Shown: positions 1 through 11,010 of the stretch, in pieces
How positions within the stretch are numbered: position 1 is the first letter of the stretch
Layout: each line of letters opens with the position of its first letter
NCBI RefSeq assembly: GCF_001194135.2
Contig: NC_068985.1
Span: forward strand, 21,266,266 to 21,330,265
Direction: 5' to 3'
DNA length: 64,000 nucleotides
Source: Octopus bimaculoides
Lineage: Eukaryota
Notes under the pieces: generated by a model
The model's database searches: none
Seen by the model: the letters and a program-made list of their open reading frames with translations, nothing else
What the model was told of the DNA's origin: nothing
Position numbers and translations under genes: made by a program

Positions 1-260
1 CTGATGGAAATAAAGTCTCATACAGACCTATTCCAGCCTTTGGCCCACAAGTTTGCTGTCTTCTTTCTCTGCCTTTTTTTGCTGTTATTATAATGGCCTC
101 AGCTCCTTGGTGTTGGCTAGGTCATGCCACCTCTTCTCAATATTCCTCTCCCATTCATCTCTTCTCTTTGAATCACCATTTTGTCCATCCTCTAAGCTTC
201 ACATTAATCACTACACCCAGAACTTTTGTCATCTAGAATTCACTCTCTGCTCATATCTTT
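1..260 (-). mobile_element. Decayed 3' end of a LINE (RTE/CR1-like C-terminus)
   Basis: Minus strand reads degenerate RWTK..VI..RE..GRGxLRRGGMT-like text, typical of the post-RT C-terminal region; interrupted by stops. Confidence 0.35.
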
Positions 261-1078
261 CCCATTGATGATAATTTGCAAAGGTTTGAGTGGAGTATTA
301 ACGACATCAATCTCATGGTCTAGGTGTGCCAAAAAAAAAAACATGCAAACTATGCCCCTTCCTTCAGATCCAGCAAGTAATATATATGTCACAATATATG
401 GATTCAAGTAATCCAGTAGTACTCATAAAAAAGCTCCTTAGTTTGTCATTATACAAACCATTTAGAGTGTATAGTAATATACATGAGAAAAGAATTAGGA
501 GAATATAAAGATATAAACAATGGAGAAATATTGTGATGAACTTTGTATGTTAAACAAAGTTCATCATATTTCTCTGTCATTTATATCGTTACACACACAC
601 ACACACACACATTTCTTGTGCCATCAGTTCTGACTTGAAGGGTTAGCATCAGAAAGGGTAATTCAGTTGTAAAAAAAAAGATACCCTCCAAAAGTCCCAT
701 TCAACTCATACCACCATCGAAATTTTGAAAAACAATGATGATGATGTTATATACATATAATATATATAAGGTTCCTCTCAATATACAGATTTAATACTAA
801 GACATAAATTTTGTTTTTACATTTTACTCACTATGATATGACTAACTTTATATGTCAGCTTCTCTCCTTGTATTGGCTGTGAATAAAACTATTATTATTT
901 AATCACCATGTCTTAATTACAATAGCTACAGTATTTAAGACATGGGATTATGCTCAATGCATTTAAAAACAAAACGTCCCTAATATAAATTTAACTAATT
1001 GAATACTTAGAAATTTGAGATTAAAATTCTGTCCATTTTTCAAAATGAGGTATTTAATATAATTTAGTGTAATCTTAC

Positions 1079-1132
1079 CGACTAGAGTGCTTGAGTCATC
1101 GATAATGACAAAGTTAGTGTTGAAAATGTAAC
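1079..1132 (-). CDS. Orphan candidate 54-nt symmetric exon
   Basis: Minus acceptor ctcctctaattatcaactttcatcag| and donor g|GTAAGA; only the phase 1-1 frame (G)YIFNTNFVIIDDSSTLV(G) is open; no partner exon identified. Confidence 0.3.
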
Positions 1133-1489
1133 CTGATGAAAGTTGATAATTAGAGGAGGAGGAGGAAGTATATAAAAATTCCAAAATAACAGAATAAGTA
1201 AATTATATTTATCACTCCCAAAATGTTTAGACATGTATACTTCAGTGCGGAAGTTCATGAACAACAATATTTCTTGTGTAGATAAGAGGAAGCATTAGCA
1301 CATCTTGACCTTATGAATTTTCAATCTGTAATTTCAAATTGTTCTTAACCCTAACCCTAACCCTAATCAAGATCAGGGCATTTCACCATATAGGCTACTG
1401 ATACTGTAGTAGACGACATACTAAAGTGGCATTGAAACTTCTTATGACTGCTGCAGTGCTAGGAAAATCATCAGAATTAATGAACATTA

Positions 1490-1609
1490 AAACCTTTCTC
1501 AACCACGTGGTTCTGGGTTCAGTCACTGCGTGACACTTTGGGTGTAGCCCCAGACTAAGCAATGCCTTGTAAGTGGAACTGGTTGGTGGAAATTGTAAGA
1601 AGACCATCA

Positions 1610-1610
<1 letters not shown>
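1490..1610 (+). mobile_element. Partial tRNA-derived CORE-like SINE
   Basis: caaccacgtggttctgggttcagtc...aatgccttgtaagtgga...ggaaattgtaagaagacc followed by (TG)n(TA)n. Confidence 0.6.
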
Positions 1611-1664
<54 letters not shown>

Positions 1665-1975
1665 NNNNNNNNNNNNNNNNNNNNNNNNNNNNNNNNNNNN
1701 NNNNNNNNNNNNNNNNNNNNNNNNNNNNNNNNNNNNNNNNNNNNNNNNNNNNNNNNNNNNNNNNNNNNNNNNNNNNNNNNNNNNNNNNNNNNNNNNNNNN
1801 NNNNNNNNNNNNNNNNNNNNNNNNNNNNNNNNNNNNNNNNNNNNNNNNNNNNNNNNNNNNNNNNNNNNNNNNNNNNNNNNNNNNNNNNNNNNNNNNNNNN
1901 NNNNNNNNNNNNNNNNNNNNNNNNNNNNNNNNNNNNNNNNNNNNNNNNNNNNNNNNNNNNNNNNNNNNNNNNNNN
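1665..1975. other. Assembly gap after (TG)n(TA)n
   Basis: N run; ORFs spanning it are artefacts. Confidence 1.
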
Positions 1976-2003
1976 AGACACACATAAGAAGGAAGGAAAC
2001 AAA

Positions 2004-2048
2004 GGACCACTGATGAGGTCACAGAAGTGTGACGAAAGAACTCTGGCC
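2004..2048 (+). ncRNA. Minimal type I hammerhead ribozyme motif (Penelope-type)
   Basis: GG-a-CCA / CTGATGA / G / GTCAC-agaagt-GTGAC / GAAA / G-aa-C / TC / TGG-CC: conserved core intact, 5-bp helix II, helix I CCA:TGG, predicted cleavage after C2043. Confidence 0.55.
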
Positions 2049-2610
2049 GAAATAAGATTAAGATTAATGTAATATAAAGCTGAAGCAAATTAACACCAAA
2101 TATACAGTGCGTGTGTTTTTATTGGCTAAACTGGCAATATGACCATCCCCAAGTACAACAACATCTGTTTCAACACACGATTTCACATCAAAAATCTTGC
2201 AAAACAAATATATATATATATATATATCTGTGTATATCATTGTGTCCATGATTGTCCTCCACCACTGCTTGACAACAGGTGTTGGTGTGCTTACATCCAC
2301 ATAAGTTAGTGGTTCAGCAGAAGACACTGATAGAATAAGTACCAGGTTTTTAAAAGATAAGTACCAAGGTCAATTTGTTCAGCTAAATTTCTTCAAGACA
2401 GTGCCCCAGCATGGCCACTATCTAATGACTGAAACAAGTAAAGGATAAAAGATTAGAAACATTAGCTAAGTGTTAAGAAAGCAGAATAAACTTTCAAATA
2501 CAAAAGACAAACAGAACAACAAAATAGAGACACTGTTGCAGTAAAAAAGTAGAAATGCTGTTGGATAATTTAGAAAACTTCAGACTGTTTCATTGAACAT
2601 TATGAGACTT

Positions 2611-2800
2611 CATCATCATCATCATCGTTTAACATCCGCTTTCCATGCTGGCATAGGTTGGACTGAAGACTAGCAAGCCAGGAGGCTGCACCAGGCTATA
2701 ATCTGATCTGACAAAGTTTCTACAGCTGGATACCCTTCCTAATGCCAACCACTCTAAGAATGTAGTGTGCGCTTTTTATGTGCCACCGGCACAGGGGCCA
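2611..2800 (-). mobile_element. RTE-tail repeat (LINE 3' UTR or SINE tail)
   Basis: (cat)n cgtttaacatccgctttccatgctggcat...gtttctacagctggata cccttcctaatgccaaccac; same family at many loci in the window. Confidence 0.8.
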
Positions 2801-2809
2801 AACAGACCG

Positions 2810-3085
2810 ATTTTATGACACCCTCTTGCATTGATGAATGACAGGGACCTTCTCTTTATGGCTGGTGACTTCAAAGATCATGTTGGACAACATCCAGGGA
2901 GGTTCCATAGTGTACATGGTAGCAACAGATTTGGTTACTGCAATGTGGAAGGAACCAGGCTGCTGGAGTTCTGTGATGCAAATGATCTTATGATCTGTAA
3001 TACTAACTTCAGGAAACTTGCCAGTCACCTGTTCACCTACCAGTCTGATGGGTACACTAGTCAGATTGACTACATTCTCACTTGG
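2810..3085 (+). mobile_element. RTE-clade LINE endonuclease (APE) fragment
   Basis: ORF 2831-3097: LFMAGDFKDHVG...CNVEGTRLLEFCDANDLMICNTNFRK...FTYQSDGYTSQIDYILT (GDFN, EFC..NDL.I.NT and QIDYIL motifs). Confidence 0.85.
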
Positions 3086-3775
3086 TCACCTAGGTAACGG
3101 AAGCTATCAACTACTTCTAGTTTTTCCCCCTGGCATGTGATGGAATCTATTTTCTGTACATCTTTGCTGTTTATTGCCCCTGTGCATCTGTCACACACAA
3201 AAACTATCTTCTCAGTTAACCTTCCTTTGATATTGTACCTTTTATGTGTCCATAGCTTACACTGAGTGCATCGTATGGAGTTTCTACCTACGCCTTTTCT
3301 ACAGATCGAGTAGGGCCATCTACCTAAAGGGGTTTGTGATTTGTCCGCCTTCCTACTTACTAAGACTTTGGTTTTTGCTAGATTGACTCTAAGGTCCTTC
3401 GATTCTAGACCTTGCTTCCACACCTGGAACTTCTTCTCTATTTCTGATAGTGACTCAGCTACTAGAACAAGGTCATCAGCATAGAGGAGCTCACAGGGGC
3501 AGCATGTCTTGAATTCCTCTGTTATTGCCTGGAGGACTATGATGAAGAAAAGGGGCTGAAGACTAATCTTTAGTGAACCCCTACTTCTACCTGGAATTCT
3601 TCACTATGCTCATTGCCAACCCTCACCTTACTGACAGCATCCCTGTACATGACTTGAACAGCTCTCACCAACCACTCCTCTATCCTAAGTTCCCACATTG
3701 ACCACCAGATAAGTGATTGGGGGACCCTGTCAAAGTCTTTCTCCATGCCAACGAAGGCCAAGTAATTTTATCTTT
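3085..3775 (-). mobile_element. RTE-clade LINE reverse transcriptase fragment
   Basis: Minus frames: AFVGMEKDFDRVP...VRVGNEHSEEFQVEVGVH, LLYADDLVL (gtcatcagcatagaggag at ~3474-3490), LRVNLAKTKVLV, CSICRKGVG..C..C, VVDSFRYLGDQV. Confidence 0.9.
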
Positions 3776-3777
3776 GG

Positions 3778-3813
<36 letters not shown>

Positions 3814-4559
3814 ATTTGCTCATTTAAAAGACATTTAATTATGTATGTTTATGTCTGTTTGATAATTAGATATTTATTATACTTTTTTCTTTAAGATGTT
3901 ATAAATAACTTTTTGTTTCTCTAACATTGCTTAATTCCTATAGTTGATCTCACTATTACTATATAAACCACTTGCATCCAGTTATAGTTTATATTAACAT
4001 ACTGCAGTTTAGATTCAGTGTGCTTTTATTCCTTTAGTTACGATGTAGATAGTGTCAGTGTAAAAGGGTTTGTCCTGGTTTTCTTAGTCCCATGTCTGGT
4101 TTAGTCCACTATTCAGGCAGACTTTTATTTTTTTTTTTTATTGCATTGAATAAGGAAGAGTACCCATGGCCTTCACATGCTCTGTAAAACAGGTAAGACT
4201 GATGCAGTTAGACTGTTTTTTGGATAGTTGCAAGCCAGTGGCTGCATAAAAAACATAGATAAGTAAGGTATTCCAGGGAAGTTGACATTCTGGAGGAGAA
4301 TTAGTGGTTAGACAAATTGGATACAACCTGGATAATGAGAGGAGGAGAGACAAATGAGTCAGAAATGTCGGAAAGATATGAGAGCAGCCAGTTCTGTGGA
4401 GCAGAGGCCACTTTAATAGAGAAAAGAAGAGAAATGTAAGAAGGATGGAAGGAAGGAGAAAGCCAGCAGCATTTCTGTTGGCCTGATGTTTCTAAGTAAA
4501 TCATGCCAATTAGTCATGGCTAACATATAGCTAGACAACACCAGTTAAATCTGGTGGAG

Positions 4560-4925
4560 GGTGGTGACAAGGACAGCATCTGGCTGAAGTAAATCTTCCT
4601 CAATAAACTTCTGAGGTATTTCTTTGGATATAGTCTAATGTATGTATAATGATATCATCCCTAATAAGGAAGCAATACTGTGTTTCATGAACTTTGTAGT
4701 AGGTTAGTAATTGTTGTTGAGAGCTGAAGTATTTTCTCATCTCAAACAGAGAAGTCCATCCTTGTTGAGGATCTATGTTGGCCTGTGTTAGTACAGCTTA
4801 GCAACCTTATATGGCTCTAGTTTCACTCTGTTCATTTTGGAATGGATAATGTTTTCTTATAATATAATTGTGTATTTGCTGTGTAAGGAGACTAGATTGG
4901 TATGACCTCAGTGGTGGAGGTTTTT
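4560..4925 (-). mobile_element. Possible highly decayed Penelope-like (RT/GIY-YIG) fragment
   Basis: Minus strand shows PPPLR- and GxTSL...QQITN...KHSIAS-like remnants spread across frameshifts; tentative by-eye resemblance only. Confidence 0.3.
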
Positions 4926-5019
4926 GTTTTTTTAACATTGCTTAATTCCTATAATTGATCTCACCATTACTATATAAACCACTTGCATCCTGTTATAGTT
5001 TATATTAACATACTGCAGT

Positions 5020-5095
5020 GTAAGTTTGGTTAGACTAATGTAGGTTTGGTTAGACTACTGATTCATGGAATCAGTGTAGGTTTGGTTAGACTAAG
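5020..5095. repeat. Three copies of gta(a/g)gtttggttagacta
   Basis: Direct reading; the third copy follows a short hairpin-like spacer (tgattcatggaatca). Confidence 0.85.
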
Positions 5096-5628
5096 TCATA
5101 TATACATGACACTTGGGTTTGGGTATGGAAAAAATTTAATCTTCTGATTAAAGGCATTTCAGTCACAGCCATTTTTGTTTTTTGGTATATATAGGACTAC
5201 TTTGTCCAGCATGTCTTTCCATTTTTAATATAGTAGTCTAAAATTCAAGGGAAGTTTGGTTGGTTGCTTATTCTAATAAGCTCAACAATCATGTAGAGGC
5301 TCCTTTGTTAATTCACTATCTTAATCTGTGATATGCCTAGCTAACTTTTCCCATTACTTTCAAAAGTTTATTTTATTAATATTTTGAGTCTTTTGTGAAT
5401 TATGATTGTAAATTTAACAAGGTTCTGCACTTTGAGGTATTTATATCACCTCACTGCTCCAACTACAAAATTCATTTCAACATCATCAAAATGTCCACTT
5501 TTCCATGCTTGCATGAGTCAGATGAAGTTTATTGAGGCAGATTCTCTTCAGCCAGATGCCCTCCTTGTCACCACCCTTCACCAGATTTAACTGGTCCTAG
5601 TTGTTGTCTAGCTATAGACCAATTTGAC

Positions 5629-5856
5629 CAATGATTCTCAACCATTTTTTACTTATGGACTACTTTGATTCCTATTTTACTCAGTTGGACCCTCATAGCC
5701 ATTCGATGTTTAGAAAATCTTATTTTAAGAATTAAATATTATTAGGAATTGTATAGAAAATTAAATACTTTGTGTATCATAGAAATATATATAACCAATT
5801 TATTGCACACAAATTTTAATAACAAATCTTATATGGACCCCAGTTGAGAACTGCTG
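5629..5856 (+). mobile_element. hAT-type MITE with TIRs and 8-bp TSD
   Basis: Ends caatgattctcaac / gttgagaactgctg; flanks aatttgac (5621-28) and aattagac (5857-64), 7/8 identical. Confidence 0.75.
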
Positions 5857-6929
5857 AATTAGACCTATGATTAAATATATTTCAGCTGGGATCAGTTCAT
5901 CTTTTGCAGATATGTCTAGGGACTACATTAGCTAATGTGCCCTCTTTCTATATGGATACTTATATTGCAATGTCAAGAGGGCTAAACCAATAAGCCTATT
6001 GGATTATTATGAACAACTGTGTGTTATAATATTAGCAAAACCAGAATGACCCATTATAAGATGGACTTTTCCATATGAAAAAGCACCATTGAAATACTTC
6101 AGCAGGAATGAACTTTGAGAAAAATGTATTTTTAATGTAGAGAAACTTAGCAAAGGACAGTTACCTTGTTAACATTACAGAAATGAACTTGCAGAATTTA
6201 TTTTAGGCTGTCGATATTTGGTGTAAAAATAGATATCAATTGATTACATGACATCTGTATGGAATTCCTTGGCCTTTTTGATTTATTGATCTTTAGCATT
6301 TCTTGATTTCATTACAATTCTGTATATCATTATCATTAACATCACCATAACCATCATTATCACAACTATTTACATGAACCTTTCATATTTTCTTAACATA
6401 CTGTTGTTATAGATTAGGCAGTTTTCAGAATAGACAGCTGTACCTATTGTTATCCCTTGTTATTCCACCTCTGACTTATTCAAATTTTTATCTAACTACC
6501 TAACACTGAATCTTCTTAGCCTGTTTTTGCCTTATTTATTGATTGTGCATATATCCAGCAGCAATCATCAGTTGTCTACTCATTCCTATAACAAAGCAAT
6601 TGTCTCTTTTGTATGCACCAACCAATATGTCCAATATTCAACCACTTTATCAATTGACTATATTTGTTCTGTCAAGTTGATATACATACAAGAGTATTAC
6701 ATTTAGTTTATTCATCAATAGCTGCTTTCATAGACTTATTGGTATAAAGGGTGTGGCAGAGAAATCTAGTAGTTTTTTTAGTTTTTTTTTTTTTTTTAAA
6801 GGCAGTAATTTTACTGATGTGGGATGGCAATAGTCATATGCTCAGTGGTGTTGAACAGCACTCTCGGTGCTATTTCAGTAGTTCTGAAGCAGCAAAAATG
6901 TTACTTTTGTGATTAAGATGGCTTTTTAA

Positions 6930-7350
6930 ATATGGCAACGCAGTTTACTCCGTGAAATTTTTATTTGCATTTTAATGTTGGCCACTATGGAAAAGTACTT
7001 AATTGGAATATAATATTGTTATGAGTAAACTACTTCAGGTTGACTGATTCTACATCAAAAAGGAAACTGTCGCGAGCTGTGCAAACCTTCTGAACATTGG
7101 AGAATATTGAGGCTGATAAGTAAGCTGTATTGAGCATTTCTCACCAATCTGCATGGAAGCATGGTGCTGTACTAAACATTTCAAATCATAGTCTGCAAAG
7201 GACATTGCACCATGAATTTAAATTTTTTCATCCTTATAAAATTTTGATTGAGCAAAAAAGAAATCAAAATCATTGGAAAAGCTGGGAAACATTTGTACAA
7301 GACATGCTCACAATAAGGACAGATGACCTGGTTCTTTTCATGCATGATGT
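6930..7350 (+). mobile_element. Tc1/mariner-superfamily transposase relic (HTH plus start of catalytic domain)
   Basis: SAWKHGAVLNISNHSLQRTLHHEFKFFHPYKILIEQK...LVLFMHD resembles the S.R..A..L.IS..SV.RIL..DL.FHPYK...FMSDE pattern of IS630-Tc1-mariner transposases. Confidence 0.6.
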
Positions 7351-8819
7351 GGGTGTGTATGTGTGTATTAAGAATTGTAGTAGTTTATTTCCATTCACTT
7401 CTGCACTCTGACACATACTCTCACACACACAAACCCTTCATCCAGCATTAAACAATCCCACATTAAATATTATATGCACTTCATCTTAGCTAATATTGCA
7501 TTACCTTTGAAGTCCATTCCATCTCCTATAGTTCATTAATTTACTTCTAACACTTCAGCTGCAATGTTAACCTGATCCAGCTTTCTTCCTATTCTTCTCA
7601 AGGATATCTTTTTGCAACCAATATCCGCATCTTTCTTTCTATTAACAATGGAACAGAAAATTGACTTTTATTATATATTCTATTAGATTGAGCCCTTTCA
7701 TCTGTAGTACACTGGGAGCTTTACTTTGGTTTTTAGTTTACATTTCATCTCAGTTTACATTCCCTTTAATGCTGTATATGATATATTCAGATCTCTTTTT
7801 TTTTTTCTGTTGGTAAACAGATTTCCACATGAAATCAACAATTCACCTGAGAGAATTGGAACCGAATATAAAATGTTTGAAACTGACATGATCATTCTAT
7901 AAATCCTATAGGTTTAATTTTGTTGAAAAGAGCTTGAGGATTTCTCATTCCCCATGAAACTACTATGTTTATGTGGGCTGTTAACCCTATATCCAACAGT
8001 TAGTTAATTTCTAGGACACCTACAGTTACTGGAACAATTTTTGTTTTCAACAAGTAATGTGCAGATCTAACTGGATTAGTTTTTCTCATGGTTTTCTCCA
8101 TTGGTCACTCATTAAATTCATTGATTCCATTGTTGATTAATTTTGGTTATTTGTCAGAAACTAATATAGGTATTGTCAGTAAACTGTAGCTACTACATTG
8201 TGCTTACATTTCAGACTAAAATATATTGATTATAAATACTTTTTAATTCTGTTTTTTTTTAATGATTTTGTTCTTACTTCCTCTTCAACAATACCTCTAG
8301 GTTGACTTTAATTCTACTAGTATGATTAGTGTTTTCAACATCTCACAAATGTCCAAATACAAAACAGATCAATATTGCAATTCACTGAAACCAGATAAAA
8401 CTGATCATTTTATTTTCACTCCTCTTCCTTCAAACCTCATGTAACCTATTGTTGTAACTGTCAGAATTTTATTTTTTTATTTATATTTTGTGTGTCAGGG
8501 AGGTGCATGCTATTGTAGTTTTAAAATATGGTTGATCTTGATCTTTATACATTCACCCTGTTATTATTATTCTCATTAAATATTCTGTATTTCAGTAAGC
8601 GCTTTCTAAGACTAATTGCTCTTTTCTCTTCTATAAGCTAGAGTCATCCCTAAAATATAATCTGGAAATAATTAACATTTTCAACTCTTTGAACTGGATT
8701 AATACCTGTATTCTTAGCTAGAAATTATTGGAAATAATATGGCAGCAAACTTGGAAAAAATAGGTTAAAAAGATTAAAATCAAACAAGTCCCATTTTCTC
8801 TTAAAATATGTGTTACTTT

Positions 8820-8975
8820 CATCATCATCATCATCGTTTAACGTCTGCTTTCCATGCTAGCATGGGTTGGACGATTTGACTGAGGACTGGTGAAGCCAGA
8901 TGGCTACACCAGGCTCCAATCTGATTTGGCAGAGTTTCTACAGCTGGATGCCCTTCCTAACGCCAACCACTCTGA
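8820..8975 (-). mobile_element. RTE-tail repeat
   Basis: (cat)n cgtttaacgtctgctttccatgctagcatgggttggacg...tttctacagctggatgcccttcctaacgcc. Confidence 0.85.
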
Positions 8976-9204
8976 GAATATCTTACTGTGTCTGCTTTGT
9001 GCTATATTCATATAGTTTGGTGCAGATGCCTTCAAAACCATGTTGCAATGCTGTTGCTTAACATTATGTAGACAGAACATTTCTATTACCCTTCTTATAC
9101 ATGTAGATATGAAATTTCTTACAAGAGGTTGTTTCTTGTGGTAAAAGATACAATAATCTACTTAAATTATCATCATTATTGTCATTTTATCTCCATTTTT
9201 AGGC

Positions 9205-9635
9205 ATAAGTGTGGATGTGTGGTTAAGAAATTTGTTTCCCAACCTCATGGTTTTTAATACAATCTCACTGCTTGACTCCTTGGGCAAGTGTCTTCTATTA
9301 TAGCCCCAGGCCAACCAAAGCCTTGTGAGTGGACTTAGTTGACGGAAACTGAAAGAAGCTTGTCATGTATGAGCTTCTGTCTGTCTGTTTGTGTGCATGT
9401 GTATATGCATGCATGCATGTTTGTGTTTCCTGGTCTTGACATCACATGATTGTTTTAAACAAATGTTATTCATTTCCAATCTTCCTGGAAAAACACATCT
9501 GGCCAAGGGGAATATTACCTTGCTTGGAAACAGATATAGGTTGGTGACAAGAAGGGCATCTGGCCATAGAAAATCTGCCTCAATAAACTCTGTTCAGCCC
9601 ATGCAAATTTGGAAAACTGGATGTTAAAACAATGA
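9205..9635 (+). mobile_element. Composite SINE: tRNA head, CORE-like body, microsatellite, RTE-like tail
   Basis: gtgtggttaagaa...ccttgggcaagtgtcttctattatagccc...gacggaaactgaaagaagc...gaagggcatctggcc...ggatgttaaaacaatgat. Confidence 0.8.
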
Positions 9636-10789
9636 TTTTCCAGTCTGGCATGTGTTGGACAACTTTTCTGAGACAGCTTTTTTATGGCAAACATCTTTCT
9701 TCTTGTCACTCCTTTTCAAACTCTTTTTGGGACATGCAGAGACACAGTGTATCTAATCTAAAACCAAGATACACAAAGTAAATTGATTAATGCACAGCTA
9801 TTGTTAAAATTTGATTTAGGTATGATTAATACGAATGGATGTAAAACTTCAAAATTTATGTTTCTTTTTTTTTTTGTTTTTTTTTTCTAATCTGTACTAC
9901 TAGCAAGCAAGCAATATATGCTGCAGAAGTTTTGGAAAATTAATACAAGTGTACACTGTGCTTCTCTCTGCTTTATGCTAAAAGTCAACATTCGTATTGT
10001 TTATTTTATACTCTATAAACTCAAAGTAAACATTCAACTATGAATAGTAAAATAAATGCATATTTTTTTTCAATAACTTATAGAGAGGACAATAGATATA
10101 TTTAGAGTATTATAACCTCAGGTTTGTGTGGCTGTTACAAATATTAGAATCTTATTTAATTTTGTGTGGGTAGTAGTAATTTATTTATAGATCAGAAAAT
10201 GTCATGCTATGTTTAAAATCCTATGTCCAAGAGAAAACATTGGCTCTCTTTCTATCGCCTATCTCTTTCTCTTTCTCTTTGTCGCTCTCTTTCTTTCTCT
10301 CTTTCTCTCTCTCATCTATGCATATTAAACTGGTTAATTTGAAGATGTGATTGAAACAGATTGTACAGTCTGTAAAAAAATATGTAGCAAGGAATATTTG
10401 TTGAAACAACATAGCTTAGTGTTGTCTTCATTTGACTTTATTGTAAGAAAAATATTGTTGGTTATGTATAAATATAACTATATTATTTGCTTATTATGTA
10501 GCAGAGAGTCAAAAACCATTTTATAATCATTTTTGCATGTCAACATGTAATCTACTATTGAATACTATTAGAAATTTTGAGTATATGTATGTGAATTCAT
10601 TATCATCATTTTTAATTTGCCTTCCATGTCAGCTTGGGTTGGTCATATTGTCACAGTTAGAGTCAGTTCTTACTCTGACTTACTATCATCCTAGACAGGT
10701 GAGAAGACCATGTATCACTCATACATTGAAGAAAATACTTTTAGATCAATATATTTCACTTAGCATCATCTATTTTGAAACTAAGAGCT

Positions 10790-11010
10790 AACCAAATCAA
10801 GTTGTGTGGTTAAAAAGCACCTTAGGCAAGTGTCCTCTACTATAGCCTCAGGCTGACCAATGCCCTGTGGGTGAATTTGGTAAACAGAAACTGTGTGGAA
10901 GCTTGTGTGTGTCCCATTACTGACTGATAAACTGTTGGTTTGTTTATGTCCCCAAAACTTAGCAGTTTGGCAAAGAGGCCAAGAGAATAAATGACAGACT
11001 TAAATATACT
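10790..11010 (+). mobile_element. CORE-like SINE
   Basis: gtgtggttaa...ccttaggcaagtgtcctctactatagcc...gaaactgtgtggaagc...aacttagcagtttggcaaagag. Confidence 0.75.

Noticed and set aside
1346-1366. (CCCTAA)3.5 telomere-like repeat
   Set aside because: Only about 21 bp; too short to call an interstitial telomere or fusion scar.
1395-2088. ORF-track ORFs of 130-300 aa spanning N runs (also 24854-25233, 26627-27539, 56983-57387)
   Set aside because: They are open only because Ns and (TA)n/(TG)n contain no stops.
10221-10412. Minus-strand DCTICFNHIF... after a good acceptor, RING-like start
   Set aside because: Runs straight into a (GA)n microsatellite; no further RING ligands and no donor.
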